64,000 nt of DNA from an uncultured Desulfobacterales bacterium (GCA_964633115.1 CAZWEO010000006.1:13091-77090), one strand, 5' to 3'; shown: positions 31,053-41,041, numbered from the stretch's first letter. The notes: generated from the sequence alone by a model not told the origin. Translations and numbers: made by a program.

Positions 31053-31871
31053 TCAATCGCCATCAGTAATAATCCGTATCCCATATTCCTTGGCCTGGTC
31101 GCGTGCCAATGGTGTAATCAGGCCGCCTGGAGCCACAGCGATTGTCTCTTGTTTGATATTTGCTGCGGCTTGAATATCCTTGGCAGTTAACAGGGTAAGA
31201 ACGCCATTTTGCGAATTAATATTTTTAGAGACCCCAGCACCTGCTTGTGGACCCGGGCGGCCCTGCATGTCTTGAAACGTTGCAGCCAAATTTTCAGTTT
31301 TACACATGCGCATGCCAAAGCCTTCCAGTTTGGCTACGATTTGGTTAATTTCGGATTTTATGCCTGGGTTGGCCAGTCCCTTTAACAACATGAAACCGTC
31401 ATTGCTAGCCAATACGCGTTTGCCTTGAATTAACGCTGACAGCACCATGCCGCTTTCGTCATCATCCGTGATGAGGCGGGCTACTTTTGCGGCAGTCTTA
31501 AAACAGAAAGTCGGCAGCACCAGGATGTCTGCTCTTTGCAGCACCTTTTCGAGCCCATCCCTCTTAACCGTATCTAAAATACACCGCGTGCCAGCCTGAT
31601 TCTTTACATCCTGGCCGCACACCCAGGCACGGGCCGCACCCACCGTGTAAACGCTCGATTTGGCGGCCACTTTTTCAATTTGCTTTATCTGCACCAATGC
31701 CTGTTCCAATTTCCGAACCCCGGGATGGAAAACACTAAGTATCACCGGACCCGAAGATCTGTGGTGGCGTCTGTTTAAAGCCAGCTTGCCAGCCGCACGG
31801 TCCACCAGGTCTAATTCCTGTAAAGCTTCTTGCACCAATTGGCGTATGAGTTCTTTTTGCATAACCACCAA
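31053..31871 (-). CDS. BMC-associated flavoprotein-fold/PduM-like protein with encapsulation peptide
   Basis: KELIRQLVQEALQEL N-terminus; ADILVLPT...TAAKVA; C-terminal LITPLARD motif. Confidence 0.78.
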   Translation of the reverse strand: MVVMQKELIRQLVQEALQELDLVDRAAGKLALNRRHHRSSGPVILSVFHPGVRKLEQALVQIKQIEKVAAKSSVYTVGAARAWVCGQDVKNQAGTRCILDTVKRDGLEKVLQRADILVLPTFCFKTAAKVARLITDDDESGMVLSALIQGKRVLASNDGFMLLKGLANPGIKSEINQIVAKLEGFGMRMCKTENLAATFQDMQGRPGPQAGAGVSKNINSQNGVLTLLTAKDIQAAANIKQETIAVAPGGLITPLARDQAKEYGIRIITDGD

Positions 31872-31880
31872 GTATTTACA

Positions 31881-32711
31881 CTAGCTTGCTTGCAGACACG
31901 AAAGCGCAATGCCTAACGGCGTAATAAATTGAGGCTTATCCGGTCGAAAGGTATTGATCTGCAGTACGTCTTGAACGATTTCAGTAAAACCGTCCAGTTC
32001 GCAAGTGCCACCCACCAAACAGACATCGCTGAGGTCTGTAAAAGGTTCTAGGCTTTCTTTGACAATGCTGGCGATCTTTTCGATAACCGGCCGCACCACC
32101 GGAACGATTTCAGAGTGTCTGTTCGGATCGGCCTTTAATTTTTCAGCGGCTTCATAGTCGATCTTATAGTTGCCGGCCACAACCAGCGATAAGTGTACCC
32201 CGCCGGTGGCCTCATCGCAGGTAAAATCGATCTTACCATCCTTGATGACGGCGACGCCGGTGGTGCCACCGCCCACATCCACGACGGCCCCGCTGGTCAA
32301 TTTTAAAATCTGATTGGCAGCTGATGGTTCATCCAGAACGTTCAATACGTCTATACCGGCGCCTTCCAGAATATAACGGGTGGCGTTGACATTGGCATAT
32401 TCGGTCTGGGGCGGGAATGAGGTAGCCCCTTTTTCAATGGGCAGCGGGCTGGCTGACCGCAATTGAGCCAGCATATCGCGAACAATCTGTTGGGCGCCGG
32501 CATAGTCGACAATCAATCCACTGCGTACCACTTCTGCCCGTTGCATCAGTGCTGCTCGGGGTTGCCCGTTTTCATCGATGATAATGGTAATAGCCTTATA
32601 AGTTCCCAGATCCACCCCGGCATATAGTTGTGCGACGCCGGAAAAATCCCAGTTTTCAGGTTGGTTGACAAGGTTTCCTAGTTTAAGGCCAGCTGCGCTC
32701 ATAAAATACAC
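31881..32711 (-). CDS. eutJ: EutJ (Hsp70/actin-like BMC protein)
   Basis: GVDLGT, DEPSAA, VDVGGGTTG, DEATGG, LVGG, TPLGIA. Confidence 0.92.
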   Translation of the reverse strand: MYFMSAAGLKLGNLVNQPENWDFSGVAQLYAGVDLGTYKAITIIIDENGQPRAALMQRAEVVRSGLIVDYAGAQQIVRDMLAQLRSASPLPIEKGATSFPPQTEYANVNATRYILEGAGIDVLNVLDEPSAANQILKLTSGAVVDVGGGTTGVAVIKDGKIDFTCDEATGGVHLSLVVAGNYKIDYEAAEKLKADPNRHSEIVPVVRPVIEKIASIVKESLEPFTDLSDVCLVGGTCELDGFTEIVQDVLQINTFRPDKPQFITPLGIALSCLQAS

Positions 32712-33259
32712 TTTCTTATGTCTGGACTGGGAGAAGGTATCACCACATGACTCAAAATCAGGCCAGTACCGCGCAACACATCGATACCGGCCTCCACCGC
32801 TGAATTAATCGAGGATACATCGCCGGTCAGATAGAGAAATGATTTACCCCCCAATCCGGTAGCACATCTGATTTCAATTATGTCCACATCAGCTGCCTTG
32901 ACGGCTGCATCGGCCGCCATGATCGAGGACGCCACAGAGAAGGTCTCGATAACAGCCAAAGCGTCAATGTCCTGGATCCGGGTCGTCGCCGTTAGGGCCG
33001 GGAAAACGGATGCATGCACATTGGGAATTACAAAATCGTCCACCAGAAACTCACCGGCAGTCTCTTTGCCGATATCGGCGGCGCGTTCCACCGAATCCAC
33101 ATCTCCGGATACCAGCACCATGTATTTGCCGGCACAAATCGGATGCGCCATGACCAAATCCACATCGGCGGTCTTCAGCATTTCATCGGCGGTTTCGACG
33201 CCCTTGGCAATACTGTTCAGTTCAACCATGGTAATGGCTTTTAGTTCCATACTTTCCAA
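32699..33259 (-). CDS. pduT: PduT-like BMC-T shell protein retaining the Fe-S Cys
   Basis: ELNSIAKGVETADEMLK, ICAGKY, GLGGKS, SHVVIPSP. Confidence 0.9.
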   Translation of the reverse strand: MESMELKAITMVELNSIAKGVETADEMLKTADVDLVMAHPICAGKYMVLVSGDVDSVERAADIGKETAGEFLVDDFVIPNVHASVFPALTATTRIQDIDALAVIETFSVASSIMAADAAVKAADVDIIEIRCATGLGGKSFLYLTGDVSSINSAVEAGIDVLRGTGLILSHVVIPSPSPDIRKCIL

Positions 33260-33324
33260 TCCTGCGATTAAGACTTGAGCAATTAACTATAAAATTTTGA
33301 CCATATTTACTATTATGGGATAAA

Positions 33325-33511
33325 GGGTCCAAGGATCCGAGGATTCAAGGGTTCGAGTGATTTAACTGATAGCCTACAGCAGTAAGCTCTAAGCTTTAAG
33401 CAGCTTAGGGCTGAAAGCTTATGGCTGATAGCAGCCTAACAGTCTAATTGCCTTCAGCCTAAAGGCCTGGTGTTCGCTTGACCCCTTGAACCCTGGAATC
33501 CTTGGATCCTC
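33325..33511. repeat. Palindromic element bounded by inverted 8-bp repeat arrays (second member at 45238-45388)
   Basis: gggtccaa/ggatccga/ggattcaa...ttgaaccc/tggaatcc/ttggatcc with core aagctttaagcagctta. Confidence 0.8.
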
Positions 33512-34841
33512 AGCTGTTTATCACCACACTATCCCCCACCGATTCAACCACGCCGTCAATACTCGCATGGACTCTGGCGCCCAAAACACCTTCGGGGATT
33601 TCCCCCAGCAGGTCACCTTTCCTTACCCGATCCCCCGGTTTGACCACTGGCTCAGCCGGTTGGCCCAGGTGTTGCTGCAACGGTACCCGGACATGGCTGA
33701 CATGAAAATCCCCTACATAGAAAGGCGGATGGGTGTCGTATGCCAATACCTCCAGGCGTTGCATGAGACGCTGGAGGGGAATTTTGCGGGTATCGTTAAA
33801 CATGGATACTTGGTAGGTTGCACGTTTGGGTTCACGTTTTACGCCGTCCTGCAGCAACTTATGCTTAACGGCTGCGTTAATCTCTCTTGGGGAGAGCATC
33901 ATGGGACAGGCAAATTTTTCACAAACCCCGCATTCCGAGCATATCAGTGCATCTTCCAATACCTCACCCTGCATACCGGGATTGTAAGCCAGATGTCGCA
34001 TGATCCGATGGGGTTCCAAGGAATGCCCGATCAGATAACGTGGACATAAATCCGTACAGCGTGAACACTGGGTGCAAGCGGACTTGGCAATGAAGCGCAT
34101 CTGATCCAGACTTCTATTTTTTCCACCGATTATATTGTGATTTGCAGGCAGCACGATGATGCCGCTGGTGGTTTTGGTGATGGGTTCGGCTTCACTGGTA
34201 ATCACTTTGCCCATCATGGGTCCGCCCATGACAATGCCATAATCATAAATTTTGGGACCACCGGCCAACTGGATGATATCGCTAACCGGCGTACCAATTG
34301 GAACTTTACAGATCAGCGGTTGCTGAACTTCGCCGCACACCGTTAGGTAGCGCTCCGTAACCGCTTTTCCGATCATGGCCCTACTGATATTCAATAAGGA
34401 TTCGATATTGTTAACCACCGTCATCACATGCAGGGGGATACCGCCTTCGGGAACGATCTTTCCAGTGACTTCATTGACCAGGATAAATTCATCACCGGCC
34501 GGATAAAAGTCTTCTAGTTCAAACAGATTGATTTGCCCGTTGCTGTCCCGATTTTCAATGTGATCCTTCAGGACTGCGACCGCATCGCCATGCTTCTTTT
34601 TGAGACAGATGCTGCCGTTTTGTGAACCGGTGCAATCCATCACGGTTTGCAGGCCATCCAGAACAACATCGGCATGCTGGGTCATGAGATAGGGATCACT
34701 GACCAAAAGCGGTTCACACGAGGCCCCATTGGCCAGGACCTGCTTGGCCTCAAACTGCAGCTTGATATGGGTCGGAAAACCAGCTCCGCCCGCACCAACG
34801 ACGCCGGCAGCCCGAACCTTGTCAATAACATTTTCTCTCAT
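33510..34841 (-). CDS. pduS: PduS-like (RnfC-family) flavin/Fe-S oxidoreductase
   Basis: GVVGAGGAGFPTHIK, CEPLL, YPAGDE, GGPMMG, two CxxCxxCxxxCP motifs, VPLQQHLG. Confidence 0.92.
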   Translation of the reverse strand: MRENVIDKVRAAGVVGAGGAGFPTHIKLQFEAKQVLANGASCEPLLVSDPYLMTQHADVVLDGLQTVMDCTGSQNGSICLKKKHGDAVAVLKDHIENRDSNGQINLFELEDFYPAGDEFILVNEVTGKIVPEGGIPLHVMTVVNNIESLLNISRAMIGKAVTERYLTVCGEVQQPLICKVPIGTPVSDIIQLAGGPKIYDYGIVMGGPMMGKVITSEAEPITKTTSGIIVLPANHNIIGGKNRSLDQMRFIAKSACTQCSRCTDLCPRYLIGHSLEPHRIMRHLAYNPGMQGEVLEDALICSECGVCEKFACPMMLSPREINAAVKHKLLQDGVKREPKRATYQVSMFNDTRKIPLQRLMQRLEVLAYDTHPPFYVGDFHVSHVRVPLQQHLGQPAEPVVKPGDRVRKGDLLGEIPEGVLGARVHASIDGVVESVGDSVVINS

Positions 34842-35131
34842 TTTGTTTTTCTGCCAGCCGGTTCAGCCAATTCCAGGTTGTCGGCAATGCCTACTACCAC
34901 CGCATCCACCGGGATCAAGGCACTTTTGTCAAAGGCCTGCATGGCCGGCGCACCCTGAGTCACAATCACCAATTCATCAAATCCGGCCCCGACCTCATCA
35001 GCGGCCACAAGCACATTGCCTTCTGGCTTAAGCGTCTTCCCCAGCGGCTGGATTAACAATAATCGTAAAGCAGAAATTGAGTCCTTCTTTTTAGTGGACC
35101 ATACATTTCCGATCACTTTGGCTAATAACAT
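34838..35131 (-). CDS. eutN: BMC-P pentamer (EutN/CcmL family)
   Basis: MLLAKVIGNVWSTKK, VAADEVGAG, PVDAVVVGIAD. Confidence 0.95.
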   Translation of the reverse strand: MLLAKVIGNVWSTKKKDSISALRLLLIQPLGKTLKPEGNVLVAADEVGAGFDELVIVTQGAPAMQAFDKSALIPVDAVVVGIADNLELAEPAGRKTK

Positions 35132-35177
35132 ACTGATTCTCCTTCAGCCTTATACACAATCCATATACCAGGCCGGG

Positions 35178-35489
35178 TTATTTCAGATCTTCGGCGTTTT
35201 CAATGGCTGCAATGCTGGCTTCCACATCGGCAATATCACCAAAAATCCCGATCATGGTAATATGTTGCGGACACAGTCCACGCATGTCGAAAACGCGTAC
35301 ATCGCCGGCTTTCTCGGCAACGTCGGCGGCAGCGATCATATCGACCAATTTCCCTTGCACCAGCCCCACAGCCGTGAAGGGAACCTCGGCCTCGGCAAAA
35401 ACTTTTTTGCCGGTCACACCTACACGCTGTCGCAAGAATTCAAAGACACCCGGTGATGGGTGCGAAATTATACGCGTATTCAGTGCCAT
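35178..35489 (-). CDS. GrpU-like BMC-H shell protein (Fe-S binding)
   Basis: RIISHPS, AVGLVQG, AADVAEKA, GxCPQ motif (RGLCPQH). Confidence 0.88.
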   Translation of the reverse strand: MALNTRIISHPSPGVFEFLRQRVGVTGKKVFAEAEVPFTAVGLVQGKLVDMIAAADVAEKAGDVRVFDMRGLCPQHITMIGIFGDIADVEASIAAIENAEDLK

Positions 35490-35499
35490 GATGAGCCCC

Positions 35500-35778
35500 T
35501 TATTCGGCTTGTGGAATCGTAAACTCGATATCGCTGTGCGGTCTGGGGATCACGTGTACGGATACGAGTTCACCCACGCGTTCTGCAGCGGCCCCACCCG
35601 CGTCGGTGGCTGCCTTCACGGCCCCCACATCACCGCGTACAAATACGGCCACCAGTCCGCCACCCACAAATTCGCGTCCAACAAATCGAACCTTGGCTGC
35701 CTTTACCATTGCATCGGCGGCCTCGATGGCGCCAACGATCCCTCTAGTTTCTACCATACCCAATGCGTGCTCTGCCAT
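35500..35778 (-). CDS. Canonical BMC-H shell hexamer (PduA/EutM-like)
   Basis: [40 protein letters not shown]. Confidence 0.96.
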   Translation of the reverse strand: MAEHALGMVETRGIVGAIEAADAMVKAAKVRFVGREFVGGGLVAVFVRGDVGAVKAATDAGGAAAERVGELVSVHVIPRPHSDIEFTIPQAE

Positions 35779-35878
35779 GTTGCTTTCCTCCTGTTTGAAG
35801 TTCTCAATTTACGTCGTGTTTAAGTTTACAGTAATTATCTTTCACTTGCCTTTTGCTAAATCCGAATCATTTTTATTT

Positions 35879-35980
35879 GAATAATGAATGTCGAATAAGA
35901 AATGTCGAATGCTGAAGTGAGCTGGTTGCCATATGCATAACTTCGAAATTCAATATTCTTCCAATCGACATTCGATATTT
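35879..35980. repeat. Inverted arrays of degenerate 7-bp repeats
   Basis: gaataat/gaatgtc/gaataag/aaatgtc/gaatgct...gaaattc/aatattc/gacattc. Confidence 0.7.
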
Positions 35981-36044
35981 TAAATCTTGAATCAAGTCCC
36001 ATGGGCTATATATCCATCCATAAGTCATCACCCCAAATTAGAGT

Positions 36045-36554
36045 TTATGACCTAGTTTTCAGTTTAAGCGCGCGGGCCTGCATGGACCACGACCGCGGCA
36101 CTTCGATGGTAACGGTTGCGGTCTGATCCATTTTCTTGGTCTGCCGAACCTTAAGGACGGTGGCATCGCCCAGTTCCCTGCCGGCCCGGTCCAAGGCCGT
36201 CACACTATCACCTTTGGCCGGTAGCGGCCGATATTCATATGGCATCATGACACTGGCCCGGTCATCGGCTAGACTTTCATCGATCATAAATATAGCCTGG
36301 CCCGGGCAGATATACACACAGGTCTGACAGGCCACACACTTATCTTCCAACAGATGGGGAATATTGGTAATGTCATCCCCCACCACAATCGCATCGACGT
36401 TGCAGCTCGATTCACATGGATTACAAGGGATATCCTGCAAACACTCAATGGCCGCCACCGGGCCTTGGCGACGTCTCTTTTCACTGGGCAGACCCGGACT
36501 GTCTTTTAATTCTTCACCCGATAAATATCCAGTAAGCACCGACTCAGGCGGCAT
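36045..36554 (-). CDS. 2x[4Fe-4S] ferredoxin-like subunit of the amine dehydrogenase
   Basis: ECLQDIPCNPCESSC, CVACQTCVYICPGQAI, PYEYRPLP. Confidence 0.88.
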   Translation of the reverse strand: MPPESVLTGYLSGEELKDSPGLPSEKRRRQGPVAAIECLQDIPCNPCESSCNVDAIVVGDDITNIPHLLEDKCVACQTCVYICPGQAIFMIDESLADDRASVMMPYEYRPLPAKGDSVTALDRAGRELGDATVLKVRQTKKMDQTATVTIEVPRSWSMQARALKLKTRS

Positions 36555-37647
36555 GCGTCATTCCTTTCATCACCGCATTTAAATGTTCTTTGGCTTTACC
36601 GCGCACGGAACCGTGACTTCCGCTGCGCATACCGAGCATGCTTTGATATTGTTGCCCGCGTTGTTCCAAAAAGGAGACCTTGTCAATATACCCGAGGCTA
36701 TGGGCGATGGCCAATCCGGCAATGCGACCTTCAATAATTGCGGTACTGGCCTCTTCGATTCCGGCAATATCGCCACCAACGTAAACGCCCTTGATGGAGG
36801 TCTGCATGTTTTTGTCATGCGCCGGAATTTGACCGCCCAGGACCGGTTCGAAACTGGTTTTACAGCCAGCCATCCGTAACAGTTGGGTCATGGGGCTCAA
36901 ACCGACGGCAATACAAATGGTGTCCACATCAAAGCTTTTTTCAGTGCCCACAACCGGCTGCCACGATTCGTCCACTTGAATAATAGTGGCACCCTCGACG
37001 CGATCTTTGCCATGCGCCGCCTTGATGGTATGTGACATCATGAATGGCACCCCAACCCGTGCAATTTTGGCGGCATGTACGGCATAACCGCCGATTTTGG
37101 GTGCGGCATCGATTACGGCTGCAACCTTACAGCCGGCCTGCATCATCTGATAGCTGACGATTACGCCCACATTACCGGAGCCAACCATCAGAATCTGATT
37201 GCCGGGACGGACACCGTGAATGTTGGCCATAGTTTGAGCAGCTCCCGCTCCGATGACACCAGGCAAGGTCCAGCCCGGAAATGGAATCATGTTCTCGGAT
37301 GCGCCCGTGGCAACTAAAATTTTTTGGCCTTGGACATGTTCGATGCGATCACCGATCATGACATTGATACCGCCGTTCTCATAAATACCCAGCACGACTG
37401 AATTTAAAGAGACTTCCACGCCGTGCTTTTGCGCTTCCTCCAGAAAATTACGGCCGATATTGAATCCGCGCTCCTTGGCATGGTGCTCGCGCGATCCGAA
37501 AAACTTGTGAATCTGCTTGAAAAGCTGACCGCCCGGCCGTTCGTTTTCATCAAAAACAATCACCTGAACACCGTTTTTGGCGGCTGCCACGGCCGCGGCC
37601 AATCCAGCCGGACCGGCGCCCACACAAATCATTTCGTATCTACGCAT
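36544..37647 (-). CDS. FAD/NAD(P)-binding oxidoreductase subunit (sarcosine oxidase alpha / HcnB / OoxA-like), no folate-binding domain
   Basis: GAGPAGL, PGGQLFKQIHKFFGS, ATGASE...FPGWTLPGV, GSGNVG, GDIAGIEEAS. Confidence 0.9.
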   Translation of the reverse strand: MRRYEMICVGAGPAGLAAAVAAAKNGVQVIVFDENERPGGQLFKQIHKFFGSREHHAKERGFNIGRNFLEEAQKHGVEVSLNSVVLGIYENGGINVMIGDRIEHVQGQKILVATGASENMIPFPGWTLPGVIGAGAAQTMANIHGVRPGNQILMVGSGNVGVIVSYQMMQAGCKVAAVIDAAPKIGGYAVHAAKIARVGVPFMMSHTIKAAHGKDRVEGATIIQVDESWQPVVGTEKSFDVDTICIAVGLSPMTQLLRMAGCKTSFEPVLGGQIPAHDKNMQTSIKGVYVGGDIAGIEEASTAIIEGRIAGLAIAHSLGYIDKVSFLEQRGQQYQSMLGMRSGSHGSVRGKAKEHLNAVMKGMTHAA

Positions 37648-37650
37648 AGC

Positions 37651-37974
37651 TTACTCCGTGGGCTTGTGCAGGCCTTTGCCCTTTTGGGTTTCAACCACCA
37701 TGCCGGGTTTTAGCGGCTCCACGCAGGTGCGGATGTTTGGCTGCCCATTAACGACCATAATGCAGTCGGTACAACGACCGATGCCGCAAAACATACCGCG
37801 CGGTTCATTTCGGTGGGTTGTGTAACGATGAATCAGGATGCCGTTGCTGCGTAAAGCCATGGCGATGGGTTCGCCCTCAAAACCCGCCATGGATTTACCG
37901 TCAATCGTAAACTGGATCTTAGGGCCTAGTTCAAATTGCCCTAAGATTGGATGCTCATCGATTCGCATGCTCAT
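37651..37974 (-). CDS. [2Fe-2S] subunit (HcnA / sarcosine oxidase alpha N-terminus-like)
   Basis: RIDEHPILG, GEPIAMAL, RGMFCGIGRCTDC, NIRTC. Confidence 0.9.
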   Translation of the reverse strand: MSMRIDEHPILGQFELGPKIQFTIDGKSMAGFEGEPIAMALRSNGILIHRYTTHRNEPRGMFCGIGRCTDCIMVVNGQPNIRTCVEPLKPGMVVETQKGKGLHKPTE

Positions 37975-38127
37975 AATACTTCCCAACCCTAAAAAATTCT
38001 CGCTGTCCAATTAAACCATGGCCATGATTTAATCTTAAAATTTTTCATCTATGCTACTCAAAAGGCCATTGCTGGTATTGAGCGAATTATTGAATTCATG
38101 TTACCTGATTGGTGCCTGTGAAAAATT

Positions 38128-39432
38128 TTAGCAGAAGCCAAACATCTCCCCGAATGTATAATTACTGCCCACCAGGGGGATGCCTGTCATGGCACAGGAT
38201 TCCAGGGTCAGTGATCGCAAATCTTCCCGTTCCAGGCTGCTCAATTTGGTTTTTCCGGCGGCCTTGGCCAATATGGTGGCTTCAATCGTCATGGCTTGGA
38301 TATAATTGGCCACCCGCTGGGCGGCTGCATCAATGTCCAAACGTTTACGCAGTTCCGGATCCTGGGTGCCGATACCAAAGGCACATTTGCCTTCATGGCA
38401 GCGCAGGCAGACCACACACCCCATGGCAATCATGGCACCGGTACCGATCGCAACCGCATCGGCTCCAATCGCCAGCGCCTTGGCTACATCAGCACCATCC
38501 TTGATGCCGCCGGAAACGATCAGGCTGATATCCTCTTTGACGCCCATATCCTCGAGCGAGCGCACCGCTTGTACCAAAGCCGGCAATGTGGGCACCCCCA
38601 GGTTGTTGGAAGCTATTACGGGGGCTGCCCCGGTACCGGCTTCGGAACCGTCGATGACGATGCCGTCCGCGCCGGCCTTAACGGCGATTTTAACATCCTC
38701 CCATACCCGTCCGGCAGCTAACTTAAGAAAAATCGGTATTTCGTTGTTGGTGATATCGCGTAGTTCGTCCATTTTGAGACATAAGTCGTCGGCACCAAAT
38801 ATATCCCCATGGCGTGGATGGCTGTGCAGGTCAATACCCTCGGGTAGCTGACGAAATTCGGCAATCTCCTTGGTGATTTTGCTGGCCATCAAATGCCCGG
38901 AGAGACCAGGTTTGGCACCGATACCCACAATAATTTCCAAGGCATCGGCCGCCTCGATGCTACGCAGTGAGAAACCCATACGGCTGGGTAGAATTTGAAC
39001 CACCTGTTTGTAGGAATTGGCTCGTTCCTCCGGCAAAAGACCGCCTTCGCCATTATTGATGGAGGTGCCCACGATATCGGTGGCCTTGGCCAAGGCGATT
39101 TTGGCTTCTTTACTCAAGGCGCCGTAGGACATGCCGGAAATCATTACCGGGGTTTCAATAACCAGCGGCTTTTTGGCTGTGCGGGCCCCCAGAACGGTCT
39201 GGGTTTGACAATCTTCGCGATAGGTGTCGATGGACATCCGGGTCAGCTGGGAAGGCAGCATCAGCAGGTCATCGAAATTGGGAAACCGTTGCGGCGTCCC
39301 GCAACCCCGGATGCGATGTAAGCCGGTTTCAGCCTTATGCTTTATCTCGGACACGGCTTCCGACATCCACACGCCTCTTTGGACATCTTTGACCCGAACT
39401 TTCTTTTGCTTCTGTTTTTCGTCTTTTGCCAT
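38128..39432 (-). CDS. FMN-binding glutamate-synthase domain protein (MgsC/GlxD-like)
   Basis: GMSYGALS, GEGG, GAKPG, DGSEAGTGA, SGGIKDGADVAKALAIGAD, CxxCxxxxxC. Confidence 0.9.
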   Translation of the reverse strand: MAKDEKQKQKKVRVKDVQRGVWMSEAVSEIKHKAETGLHRIRGCGTPQRFPNFDDLLMLPSQLTRMSIDTYREDCQTQTVLGARTAKKPLVIETPVMISGMSYGALSKEAKIALAKATDIVGTSINNGEGGLLPEERANSYKQVVQILPSRMGFSLRSIEAADALEIIVGIGAKPGLSGHLMASKITKEIAEFRQLPEGIDLHSHPRHGDIFGADDLCLKMDELRDITNNEIPIFLKLAAGRVWEDVKIAVKAGADGIVIDGSEAGTGAAPVIASNNLGVPTLPALVQAVRSLEDMGVKEDISLIVSGGIKDGADVAKALAIGADAVAIGTGAMIAMGCVVCLRCHEGKCAFGIGTQDPELRKRLDIDAAAQRVANYIQAMTIEATILAKAAGKTKLSSLEREDLRSLTLESCAMTGIPLVGSNYTFGEMFGFC

Positions 39433-39438
39433 TATCCC

Positions 39439-40134
39439 CTACCTCACCTGCTTATGGGTTGGTTTGAATAGCACGTACTCGTGCCGCCCGACGACTTTGG
39501 GAACGATGCTTTGAAAGGCACCAACATCCTGCTTGATCCCGTATTTAGCAAACAAGGCGTCCAGCTTTTTTTGCTCGTCCGGTGCTATGGGAATTAACCT
39601 GACATTGCCGCCCAGTTTATCCCCGACAGCCGGATCCAGCACGTGTATGATGCCGCCGTACATGGATTCGCCAATGCCTTCGCCCACTTCACCCAGGACA
39701 ACAATCCGTCCTCCCAGGGTCATCTTTCCGGTCCAGCGCCCCACATTGCCACAGACAATCAAATTGCCGCCCTTCATACCCCAGCCGGCGCGACTACCGC
39801 TATTACCCATGACCACAATGGTGCCCCCAACCATGGATGGAGCCACGTTACTACCGGTGTTCATTTTCACCACAATTTCACCAGCCATCATGTTATCACC
39901 TGTATACCAACCGGTATTGCCCTTGATGGTCAGGCAGGGGCCTTCCAGGAAACCGCCGGTATAAAAGCCGGTGCTGCCGTTGATGGTAATGGTAGCATTT
40001 CCGATCAAGGCCGTGGCAAAGTTGTGCATAGAGTGCGGATTGTCGATCTCAATCTGGTCTTCCGTCTTTATCATTGCCTTGAGCTGGACGTTTACCTCAC
40101 GCGAATTTTGCGCTTTAATATCTAAACGGGCCAT
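39439..40134 (-). CDS. GXGXG beta-helix protein (MgsB/GlxC-like)
   Basis: Gly-rich repeats GSTGFYTG, GNSGSRAGWGMKGG; ATG at 40134 overlaps the upstream gene end. Confidence 0.88.
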   Translation of the reverse strand: MARLDIKAQNSREVNVQLKAMIKTEDQIEIDNPHSMHNFATALIGNATITINGSTGFYTGGFLEGPCLTIKGNTGWYTGDNMMAGEIVVKMNTGSNVAPSMVGGTIVVMGNSGSRAGWGMKGGNLIVCGNVGRWTGKMTLGGRIVVLGEVGEGIGESMYGGIIHVLDPAVGDKLGGNVRLIPIAPDEQKKLDALFAKYGIKQDVGAFQSIVPKVVGRHEYVLFKPTHKQVR

Positions 40135-41021
40135 ACCTTTACGCCTCCTGGATCCATCTCCGTGGCGTACACATCGGAGACAATTGGGGTTAAACAAATT
40201 TGTTCGGATCCCAAAAGTACTGTCGCGCCCTCCTGTTCATAAAACAGCATGGGTTTGATCCCCAGTTGGTCCCTCAGTGCCCCGACCTGTTTGCCAGTGC
40301 TGACCAACAGGGTAAATACACCATCAAACGTTTCCAGGCCCTGATAAAGCGCCGCTTCCAGGTCCAGACCCTTTTCTTTCATCTGATAAGCCAGAAAATG
40401 CACCGCCATCTCAGAATCGTTGTTGGTTTTGAAGCGAATGCCCCAACTCTCCATTTTGCGACGCATGTTAAAATAATTGGTGAATTGGCCATTATGCACA
40501 ATGGCCAGTTCGGGCATTAGATAGGAAACAAACGGGTGCGCAAAATTAATATTTTCGACACTTTCCGTGGCCAGTCTCACATGGCCGATCCCATGCGACG
40601 CTGCCACCGCAGGGATTTGATGTGTTTTTTGGAGATCTTCGGCCGAGCCCTCATCCTTATAGACCTTGATCTGTTGGCCGATAGAATGCACGCACAGTTG
40701 CGGGTGGCTGTCAATTTCCCAATGCAGCCTTGGCATTTCAGCGGCATCCATATCAATGCTGGCTTCAAAAAAATGGAATACACCCTGTCCGGAATAGCTG
40801 CGCGGTGCTGCCATGGTCCCAAATTTCTGAATATAGTTTTCCAAGTCAGGTTGGTATTCAGCCGAAGTTAAGGATACGCGCAGATCAATGGCATCCCGCT
40901 TTTCGTAGACCGCCACGCCGGTGGCATCCCGTCCCCGGTGAATGAGTTGCTTTAACATGTCGATTAAGCCATTGCCCTGGGTTGCTGATTCCCCGGCAAT
41001 AAAGCCTGCAATACCACACAT
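40122..41021 (-). CDS. Class II (Ntn) glutamine amidotransferase (MgsA/GlxB-like)
   Basis: MCGIAG, HRGRDATG, GHVRLATES, AHPF, VHNG, NDSE. Confidence 0.9.
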   Translation of the reverse strand: MCGIAGFIAGESATQGNGLIDMLKQLIHRGRDATGVAVYEKRDAIDLRVSLTSAEYQPDLENYIQKFGTMAAPRSYSGQGVFHFFEASIDMDAAEMPRLHWEIDSHPQLCVHSIGQQIKVYKDEGSAEDLQKTHQIPAVAASHGIGHVRLATESVENINFAHPFVSYLMPELAIVHNGQFTNYFNMRRKMESWGIRFKTNNDSEMAVHFLAYQMKEKGLDLEAALYQGLETFDGVFTLLVSTGKQVGALRDQLGIKPMLFYEQEGATVLLGSEQICLTPIVSDVYATEMDPGGVKVWPV

Positions 41022-41041
41022 AGCTTACCTCCTATTCAAAT

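Noticed and set aside
24833-35778. Standard Eut, Pdu or GRM microcompartment
   Set aside because: No eutBC, pduCDE, glycyl-radical enzyme or activase in the window.
28014-37974. Hydrogen cyanide synthase or canonical sarcosine oxidase
   Set aside because: Only family-level similarity; no SoxD/SoxG or folate domain, and the extra 4Fe-4S subunit and BMC context argue against these names.
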